Assembly (NCBI GenBank): GCA_963775955.1
Contig: CAVZKT010000002.1
Span: 228,944-292,943 of the forward strand
Length of the DNA: 64,000 nucleotides
Reading direction: 5' to 3'
DNA from: Candidatus Moraniibacteriota bacterium
GTDB taxonomy: Bacteria; Patescibacteriota; Minisyncoccia; Moranbacterales; UBA2206
The translations under genes and the position numbers were made by a program. Below, piece after piece: positions 30,097 through 40,235 of this stretch. Every line of letters starts with the position of its first letter. The first letter of the stretch is position 1. The notes under the pieces are model-generated. The model was not told the origin of the DNA and ran no database searches. It saw nothing but the letters and a program-made list of their open reading frames with translations.

Positions 30097-31077
30097 ATGA
30101 ACATAAAAAATAAAAATATTATTATTGCGGGCATTATCATAATTCTGATTATTTCGGCGGCGGTTATGGCCGGCAAATATTATTATCTGTTCAAACCGGC
30201 AAAAAAATCGCCGGAATCCTTGACTGCGGCAACTCCGGAAAAAAATGAGCAGCTCGCAAAAACTGACAAAGTTGAAGAACCGGTTCCGGTTGTAGAAGAT
30301 AAAAATTCCACGGACAAAAATTATGTTAATTCTTCAATAAAGCTGGTTGCCTACAATGGACAAATTTATTCCGCCAAAATTCCCGAAGGCTGGAAAGTTG
30401 ATGAAAGCATCAGCGGAATCAATATTGCCAATCCCGAGGACAGCAATATGGGCGTGGCCTTGATCGCGGTTTCAGGCTGGCCCGGGAAAAGCAGTCCCGA
30501 CGCTTTCATCGAAAAAATAGCCGGCATGGGAGGCTTAAAAGATATAAGCCATATTTCAGAATCCAAAGAGGGAGAGCTCACAAATCCATCCGCTCCCGGA
30601 TATGTCTGGAAAGAAAAGACAAAAATTTTTACCTGTAAAAAAGACGGGACTTCTCTGAAAATTAAAGCCGATGCCGGGGTTATCAACGGCCAGGGGCAAT
30701 ACGTGGCTGTTTTTAAAGGTTTCCAGACAACGCCGGACAAATGGGACAAATGGGCGCCGCTTTTGGAAAGGATAGCTTTGAGCGCGGCCATAACTAATCC
30801 TTCCAAGGTGGGAGGCGCGGATAAAGTCATATTGCCTTCAGCCAAAGATCTGGCCAATGATTCCAGCCCGCTGATGGATGCCTGGAATTATCGCAATGGC
30901 GTTGAAGACCGGGCCTCCCATAATTTCAGCGACGCCACGATGGGCGTGGAATCCGATCTGGTTTCTCCTTCAACCGGGCAAAGTTTTACTTTGCCGCTTT
31001 CAAGCTATGACCCGACAGAAGGCGGTTATCACAATCCCAATGATTATTCGGAGATTTTGGAAGATTCATATAAATAA
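30097..31077 (+). CDS. N-terminally anchored/secreted hypothetical protein
   Basis: 326-aa ORF with one N-terminal TM helix. Preceded by an extended -10 (TGGTATAAT). Confidence 0.6.
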   Translation: MNIKNKNIIIAGIIIILIISAAVMAGKYYYLFKPAKKSPESLTAATPEKNEQLAKTDKVEEPVPVVEDKNSTDKNYVNSSIKLVAYNGQIYSAKIPEGWKVDESISGINIANPEDSNMGVALIAVSGWPGKSSPDAFIEKIAGMGGLKDISHISESKEGELTNPSAPGYVWKEKTKIFTCKKDGTSLKIKADAGVINGQGQYVAVFKGFQTTPDKWDKWAPLLERIALSAAITNPSKVGGADKVILPSAKDLANDSSPLMDAWNYRNGVEDRASHNFSDATMGVESDLVSPSTGQSFTLPLSSYDPTEGGYHNPNDYSEILEDSYK

Positions 31078-31261
31078 ACAGAAGAGGAGTTTTTTGACTT
31101 TGCTGGCCCGGGAATGAACAAACAGCAACCGTTGCCTCATAGGCATACGGCAAAACACCTTAAACGGGTGTTTTTTGCAGGAAAAATCGCTTTTAGGGCG
31201 GTTTTTATTGTGGAAAAAGACAAGAAGGAGATCTCCATCTTTGTGATAACTGTATAGTAGC

Positions 31262-31290
31262 TTGACATCTAATAAAAATAGGCATATAAA
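31262..31290 (+). promoter_or_regulatory. Promoter (TTGACA-17-TATAAA)
   Basis: Consensus -35 with a 17-nt spacer, upstream of ORF 31339. Confidence 0.5.
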
Positions 31291-31338
31291 TAAGGCATTG
31301 GTTTTATTCAAACCAAAATAAAAGTTGAGAGGTGGTAT

Positions 31339-31585
31339 ATGTGGTTCCTTGTTTTTGTTTGTCCTCCGGCGTATTTTTTTATAAGGAAAAAGATAGGCGC
31401 TGGCATATTTAGCTCTGTTATTATGCGCTCTGGCGCTTTTCACGCTCTTCGTGCCTCCAGTTGCAATAGTTTTCGCTTTTATTGCAGTGGCTCACGCGGC
31501 GGTAGATTATGGGAAAAAAGAGCGGACCAGTTTTGCGAAGGAGCAGGCCAGGGAAATTGCCAAGGAGATGAAAGGGCGGGGATGA
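31339..31585 (+). CDS. Small two-TM membrane protein, frame broken near 31395
   Basis: GAGAGGTGG RBS. MWFLVFVCPPAYFFIRKKI continues in the +1 frame as ALAYLALLLCALALFTLFVPPVAIVFAFIAVAHAAVDYGKKERTSFAKEQAREIAKEMKGRG (stop 31583-31585). The track ORF 31339-31713 reads through in the wrong frame. Confidence 0.55.
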
Positions 31586-31697
31586 ATCAATCTGCCCATT
31601 TTAAAAGGGGCTCGTCTATACGCGAGCCCCCATCTTATTTTTTAAACAAGCAAAAAAGCTTGTTTTCATTTTACGCAAGTTGTGGTATTATATTTGC

Positions 31698-32009
31698 ATG
31701 GATCCAGCAGTGAAAATTCGAAATAATATTTTCTTCTATACCTACCTAATAAGAAGTCGTGAGTTTGATGAGATATATGTTGGCTATACCAATGATTTAA
31801 AGAAAAGAATTAATGAACACAACCTGGGTCTGAATAGTTCTACAAAAAGATATATGCCTTGGCAACTGATTTACTATGAAGCCTGTCTTGATAAAAATGA
31901 TGCTGCAAGAAGGGAAAGATACCTAAAAACCTCTCAAGGCGGGCGATTAATTAAACGACGCCTGAAGGAATATCTATTTAGAAATAAGCTTAATCATAAT
32001 AAAATATAA
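31698..32009 (+). CDS. GIY-YIG nuclease-domain protein (free-standing)
   Basis: FFYTYLIRS...IYVGYTNDLKKRINEHN (GIY...YIG motifs) with conserved R and E downstream. Confidence 0.75.
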   Translation: MDPAVKIRNNIFFYTYLIRSREFDEIYVGYTNDLKKRINEHNLGLNSSTKRYMPWQLIYYEACLDKNDAARRERYLKTSQGGRLIKRRLKEYLFRNKLNHNKI

Positions 32010-32051
32010 ATTTGTTTTGGGCTTTCAGCCCATTCGAATTTCTACTGCTGG

Positions 32052-32672
32052 ATGGATAAAAAATCAAAAATATTATTTCTTATTATCGGGCTGTTGATTG
32101 TGGCGTCGGTGGCGGTGACCTATTGGCGCATTATGGTCAAAAAAGATTATATCATTGAAGCGCAGACGGATTGCGATCCGTATACGGACAAGTGTTTCAT
32201 TTGGGAATGCGATCCGGAATCGGATGTTGAGGGGGAAGCTTGTACGGGAGACCCTGATACGGACACTTGGTATTTCCAAGTCGTAAAGCGAAATGCCAGC
32301 CAGATTCCGCTCTGCGATCCTAACACGGATGAAAATTGCGAAGCGCTGGTGTGCGGTGAAAACGAACCAGACTGCGAATATGTTTTTTGCACCGAAGAAA
32401 ATATGGAAGCGCAGTATGCAACTGCCTGCAACGACCCGGAGCAATACACGTTAGAAAATCCAATTGACGAGGAAGAATGCGATCCGGAAGTGGACGAAGA
32501 TTGTGAAGCGGCTGAAGAATGCGATCCGGAAATTGATGAAAACTGCGAAGCGGCTGAAGAGTGTGATCCGGAAGTTGATGAAGACTGTGAACCGGCTGAA
32601 GACTTGCCGGCCGATGAGGCGGAGGAAAGCGGAATTGAAGAAGACACTGTGGGCGCATTTCCGATAGAGTAA
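32052..32672 (+). CDS. Membrane-anchored Cys-rich, highly acidic repeat protein
   Basis: N-terminal TM helix, 20 Cys residues and a very Asp/Glu-rich body with three 14-aa tandem repeats. Confidence 0.6.
   Translation: MDKKSKILFLIIGLLIVASVAVTYWRIMVKKDYIIEAQTDCDPYTDKCFIWECDPESDVEGEACTGDPDTDTWYFQVVKRNASQIPLCDPNTDENCEALVCGENEPDCEYVFCTEENMEAQYATACNDPEQYTLENPIDEEECDPEVDEDCEAAEECDPEIDENCEAAEECDPEVDEDCEPAEDLPADEAEESGIEEDTVGAFPIE
32472..32597 (+). repeat. 3 x 42-bp in-frame tandem repeat
   Basis: EECDPEVDEDCEAA / EECDPEIDENCEAA / EECDPEVDEDCEPA. Confidence 0.85.
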
Positions 32673-32684
32673 AAATCAAAAATT

Positions 32685-33860
32685 ATGTTTTGTGGAGAAG
32701 ATCTGCAAGGTTTAGTAAAAAAAATATCTGAGCATAGCCGCCTTGCCGGTTCAGAGGGGGAACAGAAAGCTCTGGATTTTATTAAAGGTCACCTGCAAAA
32801 AAGCATAGGTGGAAAGTTGAATTTTCAGAAATTTAAATTTTTGGCGTGGTCGGAAAAAAAAGGCTCCGATTTTTTTTGTGGCGAAGAAAAAATTCCCTGT
32901 AAAACAGTCTACTATAGTCCCTCCGGACGTTTTCAGGGCAAATTGGAATATTTTGGAAAGAATGATGATGAGGATGATAATCCATTTGAAGTATTCGCAA
33001 TTAAAAATAGCAAAAAAGATATTCTGGCGCTGATTTATGTTTCCATCCGGTTTTCAAAACCATTCTTCTATAACACCGGAAACCTGGGCTATTTGATCCC
33101 GAGCGCGATTGTGGGTTCTGAATATCTGGATTTAATTAGAAGTAATGTAGGAAAAGAAGCCTCTTTCTCGTGTTCTGGAAAAATTTCCATAAAATATGAT
33201 CATAATCTAATTCACAAAATTAGCAATCGAAAAGGAAAATTTAAACTAGTGCTGGGCGCGCATGTTGATACGATTCCATATTTTAAAGGAGCGCTGGATA
33301 ATGCTTCTGGAGTAGCGGCACTGATGATGCTTTCTGAAAAAGTATCTTCATTAAAACTTCCTTTTGATGTTTGGGCGGTTTATTTCTGCGCTGAAGAAAA
33401 TTCAATGATTGGTTCGAAATATTTTGTGGATATGCTGTCAGAAAACGATCGGGAAAAAATTAAATTTATGATTTCGATTGACGGAACCGGTCTTGGCGAC
33501 AGAGTTGTGGTTTTTTCCGATAAGGATTATTTTCCCCAAGTTGAGAAGGCTTTTTCAAAAATCGGTGACAGTTTAGATATCTTTAACATGGAAAAAAGCT
33601 TGGATTACAGCGATCACTATTATTTCAGTCTTTCCGGAATAGATTGCGCTTTTTTTAGCGGAGAGACAGGAGATTATTATTGCCATAATCAGGAGGCGGG
33701 CAAAAAAGAAAACATGAATACTGATCTGGCGATTAAAGCCTTAGAGGGGACACTTAATTTTGTAAAAAATATCCAATTCAAAACTCCGGACATTGATTTT
33801 AAAAGCAGAAGAACCAGAAAAAACTTAATCAAAAAGGCTCTGCGCCTGATATTTCAGTAA
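32685..33860 (+). CDS. M28-family zinc aminopeptidase-like protein
   Basis: GAHVDTIPYFKGALDNASGVAALMMLSE and CAEENSMIGSKYF match the M28 metal-ligand blocks. Confidence 0.7.
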   Translation: MFCGEDLQGLVKKISEHSRLAGSEGEQKALDFIKGHLQKSIGGKLNFQKFKFLAWSEKKGSDFFCGEEKIPCKTVYYSPSGRFQGKLEYFGKNDDEDDNPFEVFAIKNSKKDILALIYVSIRFSKPFFYNTGNLGYLIPSAIVGSEYLDLIRSNVGKEASFSCSGKISIKYDHNLIHKISNRKGKFKLVLGAHVDTIPYFKGALDNASGVAALMMLSEKVSSLKLPFDVWAVYFCAEENSMIGSKYFVDMLSENDREKIKFMISIDGTGLGDRVVVFSDKDYFPQVEKAFSKIGDSLDIFNMEKSLDYSDHYYFSLSGIDCAFFSGETGDYYCHNQEAGKKENMNTDLAIKALEGTLNFVKNIQFKTPDIDFKSRRTRKNLIKKALRLIFQ

Positions 33861-33929
33861 AAAGGGCAGCCGAGACTGAAGAAAAAAACAACAAAATGCT
33901 TTATTTAAGCGTTAAAATAGCTATTCTGC

Positions 33930-33958
33930 TTGACAGGATGGTTTTTTAGGTGTATAAT
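33930..33958 (+). promoter_or_regulatory. Promoter (TTGACA-17-TATAAT, TG-extended)
   Basis: Perfect hexamers with TGTATAAT. Confidence 0.65.
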
Positions 33959-34069
33959 GGCAGGTTGATAGTTGCAGGTCTTTGGCCGAGCTATTAACAC
34001 AGTTTTTTGACAAAATTAGAAAGGATCCCAGTAGTAGAATAGGATTCGCTACGGGGTAAAGGTGTCGCG

Positions 34070-34651
34070 ATGAGCGGAATATTGAAAAATATTGCCGCGT
34101 TCATTGCGGCATGGAAAGAACGGATAGCGATTATAGGGCTGGGGCACACTTTTGGATACATATTTGACTATGGTTTCAACTATGCGATTTATATTCCCAT
34201 TGTTGCAGTTTATGGCCCGATAAAAGGCGGAGTTATTATGGCGATATTGTCAGTGCCGGTTAACTACCTTTTTATCAAATTCTATGACTGGTCAAAGAAG
34301 GATTGGTTTGGAATCGAAGCTGCTAAGGAGGCGGCAGAGTTTGGACCGGCGTGGATTAGAAAGTTGAGCGTAAAATCCACTTTTGGCAAAGTTCTTTGGT
34401 GGCCATTTTCACGGATGATTCTTATTATTCTGTGGGCAATTAAAAAAGGCGGCGTTGTAGCATTTTTTGCCCTTAGTATGTATACCGATCCGTTTGTAAC
34501 AACGGTATATTTCAGAAAAGAATCCTTTGGCGGACTCAAAAAGAGAGATTGGATGATATTTTTTGGGAGTCTTTTAGCGGGAGATATCTACTGGACATTG
34601 CGAACAGTATTAATAATCTTTCTCGCAAAGAAGGGAGTAAGTTTATTCTAA
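34070..34651 (+). CDS. Polytopic membrane protein, unknown function
   Basis: 193-aa ORF with about 5 hydrophobic helices. Confidence 0.55.
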   Translation: MSGILKNIAAFIAAWKERIAIIGLGHTFGYIFDYGFNYAIYIPIVAVYGPIKGGVIMAILSVPVNYLFIKFYDWSKKDWFGIEAAKEAAEFGPAWIRKLSVKSTFGKVLWWPFSRMILIILWAIKKGGVVAFFALSMYTDPFVTTVYFRKESFGGLKKRDWMIFFGSLLAGDIYWTLRTVLIIFLAKKGVSLF

Positions 34652-34765
34652 GGCATTTTATCGGAGCAACGATAAGATGCCTTTTTCCTTTGCAAAAAAT
34701 CGTTTTAAGCGTATGATAAGGGTAAAGAGAAAGTTTCGTCTGTTTTTTATCATTAAGTTTAAATT

Positions 34766-35554
34766 ATGGGTGAAAAAGGAAAAACAAAAAAGAAAACTGA
34801 AAAATTTGATATCAATAGTATCTATACGCCTTTATCTGTTGCTAAAAAGGAGATTTGGAAACGGCGGAACGATAAAAAATTGCGCAAGAAAGTAGAAGCT
34901 TTTTTAGGTGGCGATGTGCCAAAACCATTCAAGAAAGGACTCAGAGCTGTTTTATCGCGCAGTATAATAACTCCCAATCAAGAACTTTTCTATTTTCTCG
35001 ATTTAGCTAAGAGTACCAAATTAAAGCCCCTTGGATTGGAAGGAGTAGAGGATAAATTTTGCACCAAAAATTACGATAAAGTTTCATTAGGAAAGTTGTC
35101 TTTTATTAGTAATAAAGAGGTTAAGAATAATATAAAGAATAGTGAGTGCAAAAAAACTGTTACCAATGTTATAGACATGATGGCCTCTGATGGCAAGAGG
35201 CTTTGTGATATAAATACATTGTGGGGAGAAGACTTGGCTGGTTTCCACCACCGAATGCTGGAATCCTACAATGCAAAAATCGAAACATTTGATGATTTTA
35301 AATGGTTTGATCATAAGGGAAAGAAAAAAGGAATACGCCAATATTATGAGAATTTTTTTACATTTTTTCTTTGCCACGGCGTACTTTTTGAAAATTTTAT
35401 CAGGAAGAGAAATGAGAAAGAATTTACGGACAATGTTATCATTGAAAGTTATCTGGAAGTTAAAAAAATTTTTGGAAAAGCTCCCTTGATTGTCCCTTTG
35501 CTTCCAATGGAAGATGACGATCACTGGTATTTTAGAAGTTATATCAAAGAATAA
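34766..35554 (+). CDS. Conserved hypothetical protein, paralogue of 48208-48984
   Basis: Shares the N-terminal block IY..L..A..EI.KR.ND..LRKKVEA.LG and later blocks (FHH.., F..HGVL.E.F) with the 48208 gene. Confidence 0.6.
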   Translation: MGEKGKTKKKTEKFDINSIYTPLSVAKKEIWKRRNDKKLRKKVEAFLGGDVPKPFKKGLRAVLSRSIITPNQELFYFLDLAKSTKLKPLGLEGVEDKFCTKNYDKVSLGKLSFISNKEVKNNIKNSECKKTVTNVIDMMASDGKRLCDINTLWGEDLAGFHHRMLESYNAKIETFDDFKWFDHKGKKKGIRQYYENFFTFFLCHGVLFENFIRKRNEKEFTDNVIIESYLEVKKIFGKAPLIVPLLPMEDDDHWYFRSYIKE

Positions 35555-35688
35555 AAAAACAGCAGAGTTATCCGGCCAAAATCGAAAGAACCGCCAAGGA
35601 GAGGATGGGGAGGAAAAAGAGCGGTTGAGCTTGACTTTTCTTATATAATCTCATATAATCTTATATAGTTAATACATAAGATAACTAT

Positions 35689-36748
35689 ATGACCAAAAAT
35701 AGCCGATTTGAGGCAAGATTAGCTACTATTCCAGCCGAAATCTGGTCTAAAATTACTAAAATAGATGAAACAAAAGGAAGATGGATCGGTGGGGTTAATC
35801 TAAGCCCCCAGATTTTAGGTCGCCTTAAAAAGTCGGTTCTCATAACTTCTGCTGGAGCTTCTACTCGCATTGAAGGAGCAAAACTGACCGATGCAGCAGG
35901 TGGAAAAGATGATGCAGGGAGTAATACCAAGTAAATGGGAAAGCCGAGATGAGCAAGAAGTCAGAGGATATTATGAACTGCTTAAAAATGTTTTTGATTC
36001 CTGGAAAGAGCGTATCTTTTAGCGAGAGTTCCATTAAGCATTTTCACAAAGAATTACTGAAATATGTGGAGAAAGACGAGAGGCATCGGGGTGAATACAA
36101 AAAAACTGAAAATACAGTGAATATGCTGGATGAAAAAGGCAATGTAATAGGAGTGGTTTTCAAAACTGTTCCGGCATATCTAACTCCCAAAAATATGCAG
36201 GAGCTGGTTGATTGGACGAGGATGGCGTTGGAGCAAAAGAAAATCCATCCGCTTTTAGTCGTTGGTAACTTTGTTGTTGAATTTCTGAACATCCATCCCT
36301 TCCAAGATGGAAATGGAAGGCTTTCGAGAATTTTAACAAACCTTTTATTGCTCAAGGAGGGTTATTTATACATGCCTTATGTTTCGCATGAAAAATTTGT
36401 GGAGGACAATAAAAATGATTACTATATCTCTCTGCGCCGGAGCCAAAAAACTTTTGGTAAAGTTGAAGATATAACCGCTTGGCTGGATTTTTTTCTGACG
36501 ATGATTTTGAAACAATCTGAAATGGCGGTTGAGCTTCTGGAAAGTGAGCAAGTTGAGAAACTGCTTTCGCGAAAACAATTGAGTGTGTGGGAATATCTGC
36601 AAGCTGTAGTGAAGCTGCTCCGGGAGAAATTGCCGAAAAAACCAAGGTTGCCAGACCGACCATCAATCAGGCGCTAGTGAAGCTACTTAAGTTAAAAAGA
36701 ATCGAAAAAATTGGCTTTGGCAGGGGAACGAGATACAGAAAGCTGTAG
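35689..36748 (+). pseudogene. Fic-domain protein (AMPylase family) with three frame breaks
   Basis: HPFQDGNGRLSRILTNLLL is the Fic motif HPFxxGNGRxxR. N-terminal STRIEGAKLTD, a middle segment QQVEKMMQGVIPSKWESRDEQEVRGYYELLKNVFDSWKERIF and a C-terminal wHTH (PGEIAEKTKVARPTINQALVKLLKLKRIEKIGFGRGTRYRKL, stop 36746-36748) lie in three different frames. Confidence 0.75.
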
Positions 36749-36800
36749 CTAGTTTATTGTTGGGTGTAATTGCATATAATTTGAGATAATCAATTTTTTT

Positions 36801-36986
36801 ATGAACAAAAAACCAAAATATAAAACTTATTATGAATGTTTGAAATGCGGAGACAGGATTCCTATGGATACAAATAAAAAGATGATCCACTGCAAATGTA
36901 AGGCGATTGCTATTGATGGTTGTGAGTTTTATACTAGAATTATTGGAAATAGAAAGGACTTGAAAGAAATTTGCGTTAAATTATGA
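36801..36986 (+). CDS. Small zinc-ribbon-like protein
   Basis: 61 aa with CLKCGD ... HCKCK Cys pairs. Confidence 0.45.
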   Translation: MNKKPKYKTYYECLKCGDRIPMDTNKKMIHCKCKAIAIDGCEFYTRIIGNRKDLKEICVKL

Positions 36987-37374
36987 AAAATAAAAATTTT
37001 GTAAAATGTGAGAATGAATTTGACAAAAATCCCGATTAATGATAAAAATAGATAAAGTTAAGTATATGCAAAAGTATCACGAAAATCGAATGAATCTGAA
37101 GTCATCCGGAATTAATCCGGTAGCTTTTGATTGCGATGCAACCAGAAAAGTTGCTCGTTTAGCCCAGGCGGTTTTTGTGAATTTTAATAGGTTTAAGCAT
37201 AAAACTTTCTAAACTTTTTATATAAATTCATATCCAAAAGACCATCTCGGCTAGATAAGAAGCCGAGCTTTTTATTTAGCGGAGCACATTAAAAATTTAT
37301 TAAGAGGGGATGTTTTTTGAAGTTTTTAGGCAGGGGACGCTTATTGCTAACAATTAAAATGGAGGAAAAAAGTT

Positions 37375-38199
37375 ATGTTAAAAGGCAAAAGAATTATCCT
37401 TAAGGCTGTGAGGCGGGCTGATCTGGCGAAAATTCTAGAATGGTTCAATGACGCGGAAGTTATCCAATACCTAACTCTGTATCTGCCAATGACCGAAAAG
37501 GGTGAAGAAAAATGGCTGGAGGATATCAGCACCACGCGAAAAAATTCAGACGTTGTGTTTCTGATGGAAGTTGTCAGGGGTAAAAGAGTGACTTCAATTG
37601 GGACTTGCGGATTACACCGGATCAATTGGAAGGATCGTGACGCAGAATTCGGCATTGCTATCGGTGAGAAAAAATTCTGGAGCAATGGCTATGGCACGGA
37701 AGCGACAAAACTAATTTTGGGCTATGCTTTCAATCATCTCAATCTTCATCGGGTTTCATCCGGAGCTTACGACTTCAACGAAAGAAGCATTAAGATGCAT
37801 CTCAAAATTGGCTTCAGGGAAGAAGGCCGGGTCCGGCAGTCTATTTTTAAAAACGGCCAATACCGCGACAAAGTTCTTTTTGGGATTTTGCGAGGAGAAT
37901 GGGAGGAGAAAATGAAAGTTGAAGAATTGAAGCAGAAAATCGGTTTCGGAGCGGCAGTAGTTGTATATTATTCAGATTCAAGGAAAGGTTTTCCAAGCGG
38001 TTTGAAGTTTAGCGAATTGGTTGATGTATACAAAGAATCTCCTGAGGGAAGCAATCTTAGAAAAATATGCCAAAAGAAAATATTAAGAAGGGCTAAATCA
38101 TTTCAAGACTGGTTTCAGACATATAAAACTCTCAAAGACGATGCTGATCTTCAAGGTAAGCTGCTAAGTAAAGTGAAAAAATCCGCTCGAAGATTTTAA
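37375..38199 (+). CDS. GNAT (RimJ/RimL-like) acetyltransferase fused to an unknown ~95-aa C-terminal region
   Basis: The N-terminal ~180 aa show GIAIGEKKFWSNGYGTEA and HRVSSGAYDFNERSIKMHLKIGF. No stop before MKVEELKQKIG. Confidence 0.65.
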   Translation: MLKGKRIILKAVRRADLAKILEWFNDAEVIQYLTLYLPMTEKGEEKWLEDISTTRKNSDVVFLMEVVRGKRVTSIGTCGLHRINWKDRDAEFGIAIGEKKFWSNGYGTEATKLILGYAFNHLNLHRVSSGAYDFNERSIKMHLKIGFREEGRVRQSIFKNGQYRDKVLFGILRGEWEEKMKVEELKQKIGFGAAVVVYYSDSRKGFPSGLKFSELVDVYKESPEGSNLRKICQKKILRRAKSFQDWFQTYKTLKDDADLQGKLLSKVKKSARRF

Positions 38200-38206
38200 T
38201 GAATGG

Positions 38207-38602
38207 ATGGATATTTATATCGAACTTGAAACTGGCAAGAAGACGAAGTCAGAGATTGAAAAAATAATGCTCGATGTTGCTGAAAACTTGGAAGAACTAT
38301 TTACGCTTTACTATGTGATTTGTGAAGAAAGTAATTTCGCTGAAGCAGTTGTTGAAAGAATTTCAGAACAAATTGCGCCGATTGAAAAATGGGTTGAAAT
38401 TTACGAACGGATTCCGAGAAAAAAAGAATTCTTTATAATTAAAGAAATCTTTTTCAAGAAGATGGCAGGTTCTCCTGGAGAAATAAGAAAAGCCGGGTGG
38501 GTAAAATCTCATCCGGCTTTTAAATTTTCACATCAAAAATTAAGAAAAAGTTCATTTGGTATCAATACTTGCGATATTTCTAGTTCCCGACTGAATGTCT
38601 AA
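38207..38602 (+). CDS. Hypothetical protein
   Basis: 131-aa ORF. Its 3' end overlaps the convergent amidotransferase gene by about 50 nt. Confidence 0.4.
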   Translation: MDIYIELETGKKTKSEIEKIMLDVAENLEELFTLYYVICEESNFAEAVVERISEQIAPIEKWVEIYERIPRKKEFFIIKEIFFKKMAGSPGEIRKAGWVKSHPAFKFSHQKLRKSSFGINTCDISSSRLNV

Positions 38603-39358
38603 TCTTAATAATTCGTGGTTATTGAATTGTTTCCAACGGACACCTTTTGGAGCTATTTTTTCTGATGAAACTATATCAGAATTTGAATTTTCGGTGTGTC
38701 CTATATAAAGCGTATAGTACTCAAGCATTTTTTTTCTTTTAACTAACTCGCTTTTTTCATTTATCTCACGAAGTGCCCACGCATTTTTACCGTCTGTCAA
38801 TAAAAAATTTAATGCAGTGTAATCAAAATTTTTCTTAACAAAAGAAACTGCCTTCAGGATACCTTTTTGAATGGAATTTGATGTTTGTTTCTTATCTTTA
38901 ATGTTATTAATACATTGTAAAATGTAAACAAAGAACCTTTCTGAATCAGTTTCCCCCTTAATTAGATTTTCAAATTCATCAGTTAAGGGAAGTCGCTTAC
39001 TGTTAAAAATAGTGCCATTTTGACAAAAAGAAAAATTTTTTAAAACAAAAGGATGAGAGTTGAAAAATTTATTTTTGCCTGTCGACGCTTTACGTAAATG
39101 ACCAATAACAATATTTGAATCTAAATCCCTTATTTCTTCAATGATTTTTTTATAAGCTTTACTTTTTATTGCGCTAGAGCCCTCCTTTCTAAAAAGAATT
39201 ATTCTTCTGCCCTTATAAACAACCACACCCCAACCATCCTCGTGTCCAGACTGCGATCCTTTAGGAACACTTCCTTTTTTAGAAAGTAATCGAAAATCAG
39301 CCAAAACCTCAGAGTTGACTTTTTTATTAAAATTATTTACCAATATCATTCTACACAT
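38552..39358 (-). CDS. Class II (Ntn-type, YafJ/EgtC-like) glutamine amidotransferase
   Basis: N-terminal MCR nucleophile (Cys2), HEDGWGVV, and GHLRKAST...NSHPF. Confidence 0.7.
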   Translation of the reverse strand: MCRMILVNNFNKKVNSEVLADFRLLSKKGSVPKGSQSGHEDGWGVVVYKGRRIILFRKEGSSAIKSKAYKKIIEEIRDLDSNIVIGHLRKASTGKNKFFNSHPFVLKNFSFCQNGTIFNSKRLPLTDEFENLIKGETDSERFFVYILQCINNIKDKKQTSNSIQKGILKAVSFVKKNFDYTALNFLLTDGKNAWALREINEKSELVKRKKMLEYYTLYIGHTENSNSDIVSSEKIAPKGVRWKQFNNHELLRLDIQSGTRNIASIDTK

Positions 39359-39430
39359 ATGTTAAAATTATCATAAAATAAAAATTTTTAAAAATTGTGG
39401 GAAGCGGAGTTTTATCCGCTTCCCACTCAA

Positions 39431-40192
39431 TCATGCTTCCAAGGCTTCTTTGCAAAGAGAATGACATCTTTCTGCCCACATCACTACTTCATCCAAATTC
39501 TCAGTTGAGCCGAACATTCTGAACTCGATTGTGCCATGAACAGAGATGCGCACAATGTGCCAACAACTTCTGGGATCATTTACAAAGTTTTTTTCAGTCG
39601 CCTCACGATAGAAATCTGTGAAATTTTTATAACGAGGCGGGTAAAAATCGGGAGCTACTACTCTGTAGATATCCAGGCGCCTGCCGTTGGATTTGTCACC
39701 AAGTTTGCAGAGCAAATCAACTTTGTCTATGACCGAGTTGTACACCTTTATAGCAGTTTCATGGTCGGGCATACCAATGTGAATATGAATACCCGTTACC
39801 TGACATGCTGCAAGCAATACTTCTTTTGACATTTTTTCAGTTATACGCTGATATCTTCCGCTGGGATCGGGATATACGTCGAGGGGCATATCATCAGGTG
39901 CTACTTCAAGAAACAGACGTTCAAAACCAATTTCACTTTCAGCTTTTTTAATTTCCTCCTCATTCTTCAATAATTCGATTTTTACGTTTTTCACTTCGGT
40001 CGGGCCTATCCTATCTTCAAGTTGACAAGCAGAAAGTTCAAAACCGAACCGTCCATTTATTCCTATCCTTGTGAGAACCTCTGGTGAAATAGGAGATATC
40101 TTTCCTTTTTTTACCAAAAAGCATTCTCGTTCGACACCGACCAGTAAGGCACCGTCTTTTCTGAAATTAAACTTCCTGAGAAAGTCTTGCAT
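39431..40192 (-). CDS. Glutamate-cysteine-ligase family 2 (YbdK/EgtA-like) carboxylate-amine ligase
   Basis: GVERECFLV, FELSACQLE and TGIHIHIGMPD blocks. GGAGG RBS 8 nt upstream. Confidence 0.65.
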   Translation of the reverse strand: MQDFLRKFNFRKDGALLVGVERECFLVKKGKISPISPEVLTRIGINGRFGFELSACQLEDRIGPTEVKNVKIELLKNEEEIKKAESEIGFERLFLEVAPDDMPLDVYPDPSGRYQRITEKMSKEVLLAACQVTGIHIHIGMPDHETAIKVYNSVIDKVDLLCKLGDKSNGRRLDIYRVVAPDFYPPRYKNFTDFYREATEKNFVNDPRSCWHIVRISVHGTIEFRMFGSTENLDEVVMWAERCHSLCKEALEA

Positions 40193-40235
40193 TTTAAACC
40201 TCCTTGGAAAATTTTTAGGGAACTAAAAGGAATTT

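Noticed and set aside
31339-31713. Track ORF of 124 aa taken at face value.
   Set aside because: After codon ~19 it reads a Cys/Arg/Ser-rich nonsense frame. The +1 frame gives a coherent two-TM protein ending at 31585, so the long ORF is a frameshift read-through artefact.
37067-37213. 48-codon ORF (MQKYHENRMNLKSSGINPVAFDCDATRKVARLAQAVFVNFNRFKHKTF) between a TTGACA-17-TAAAAA promoter-like site and a terminator hairpin (37241-37270).
   Set aside because: The transcription-unit layout is suggestive, but there is no RBS, no recognisable motif and no way to test conservation here. It is not reported as a feature.
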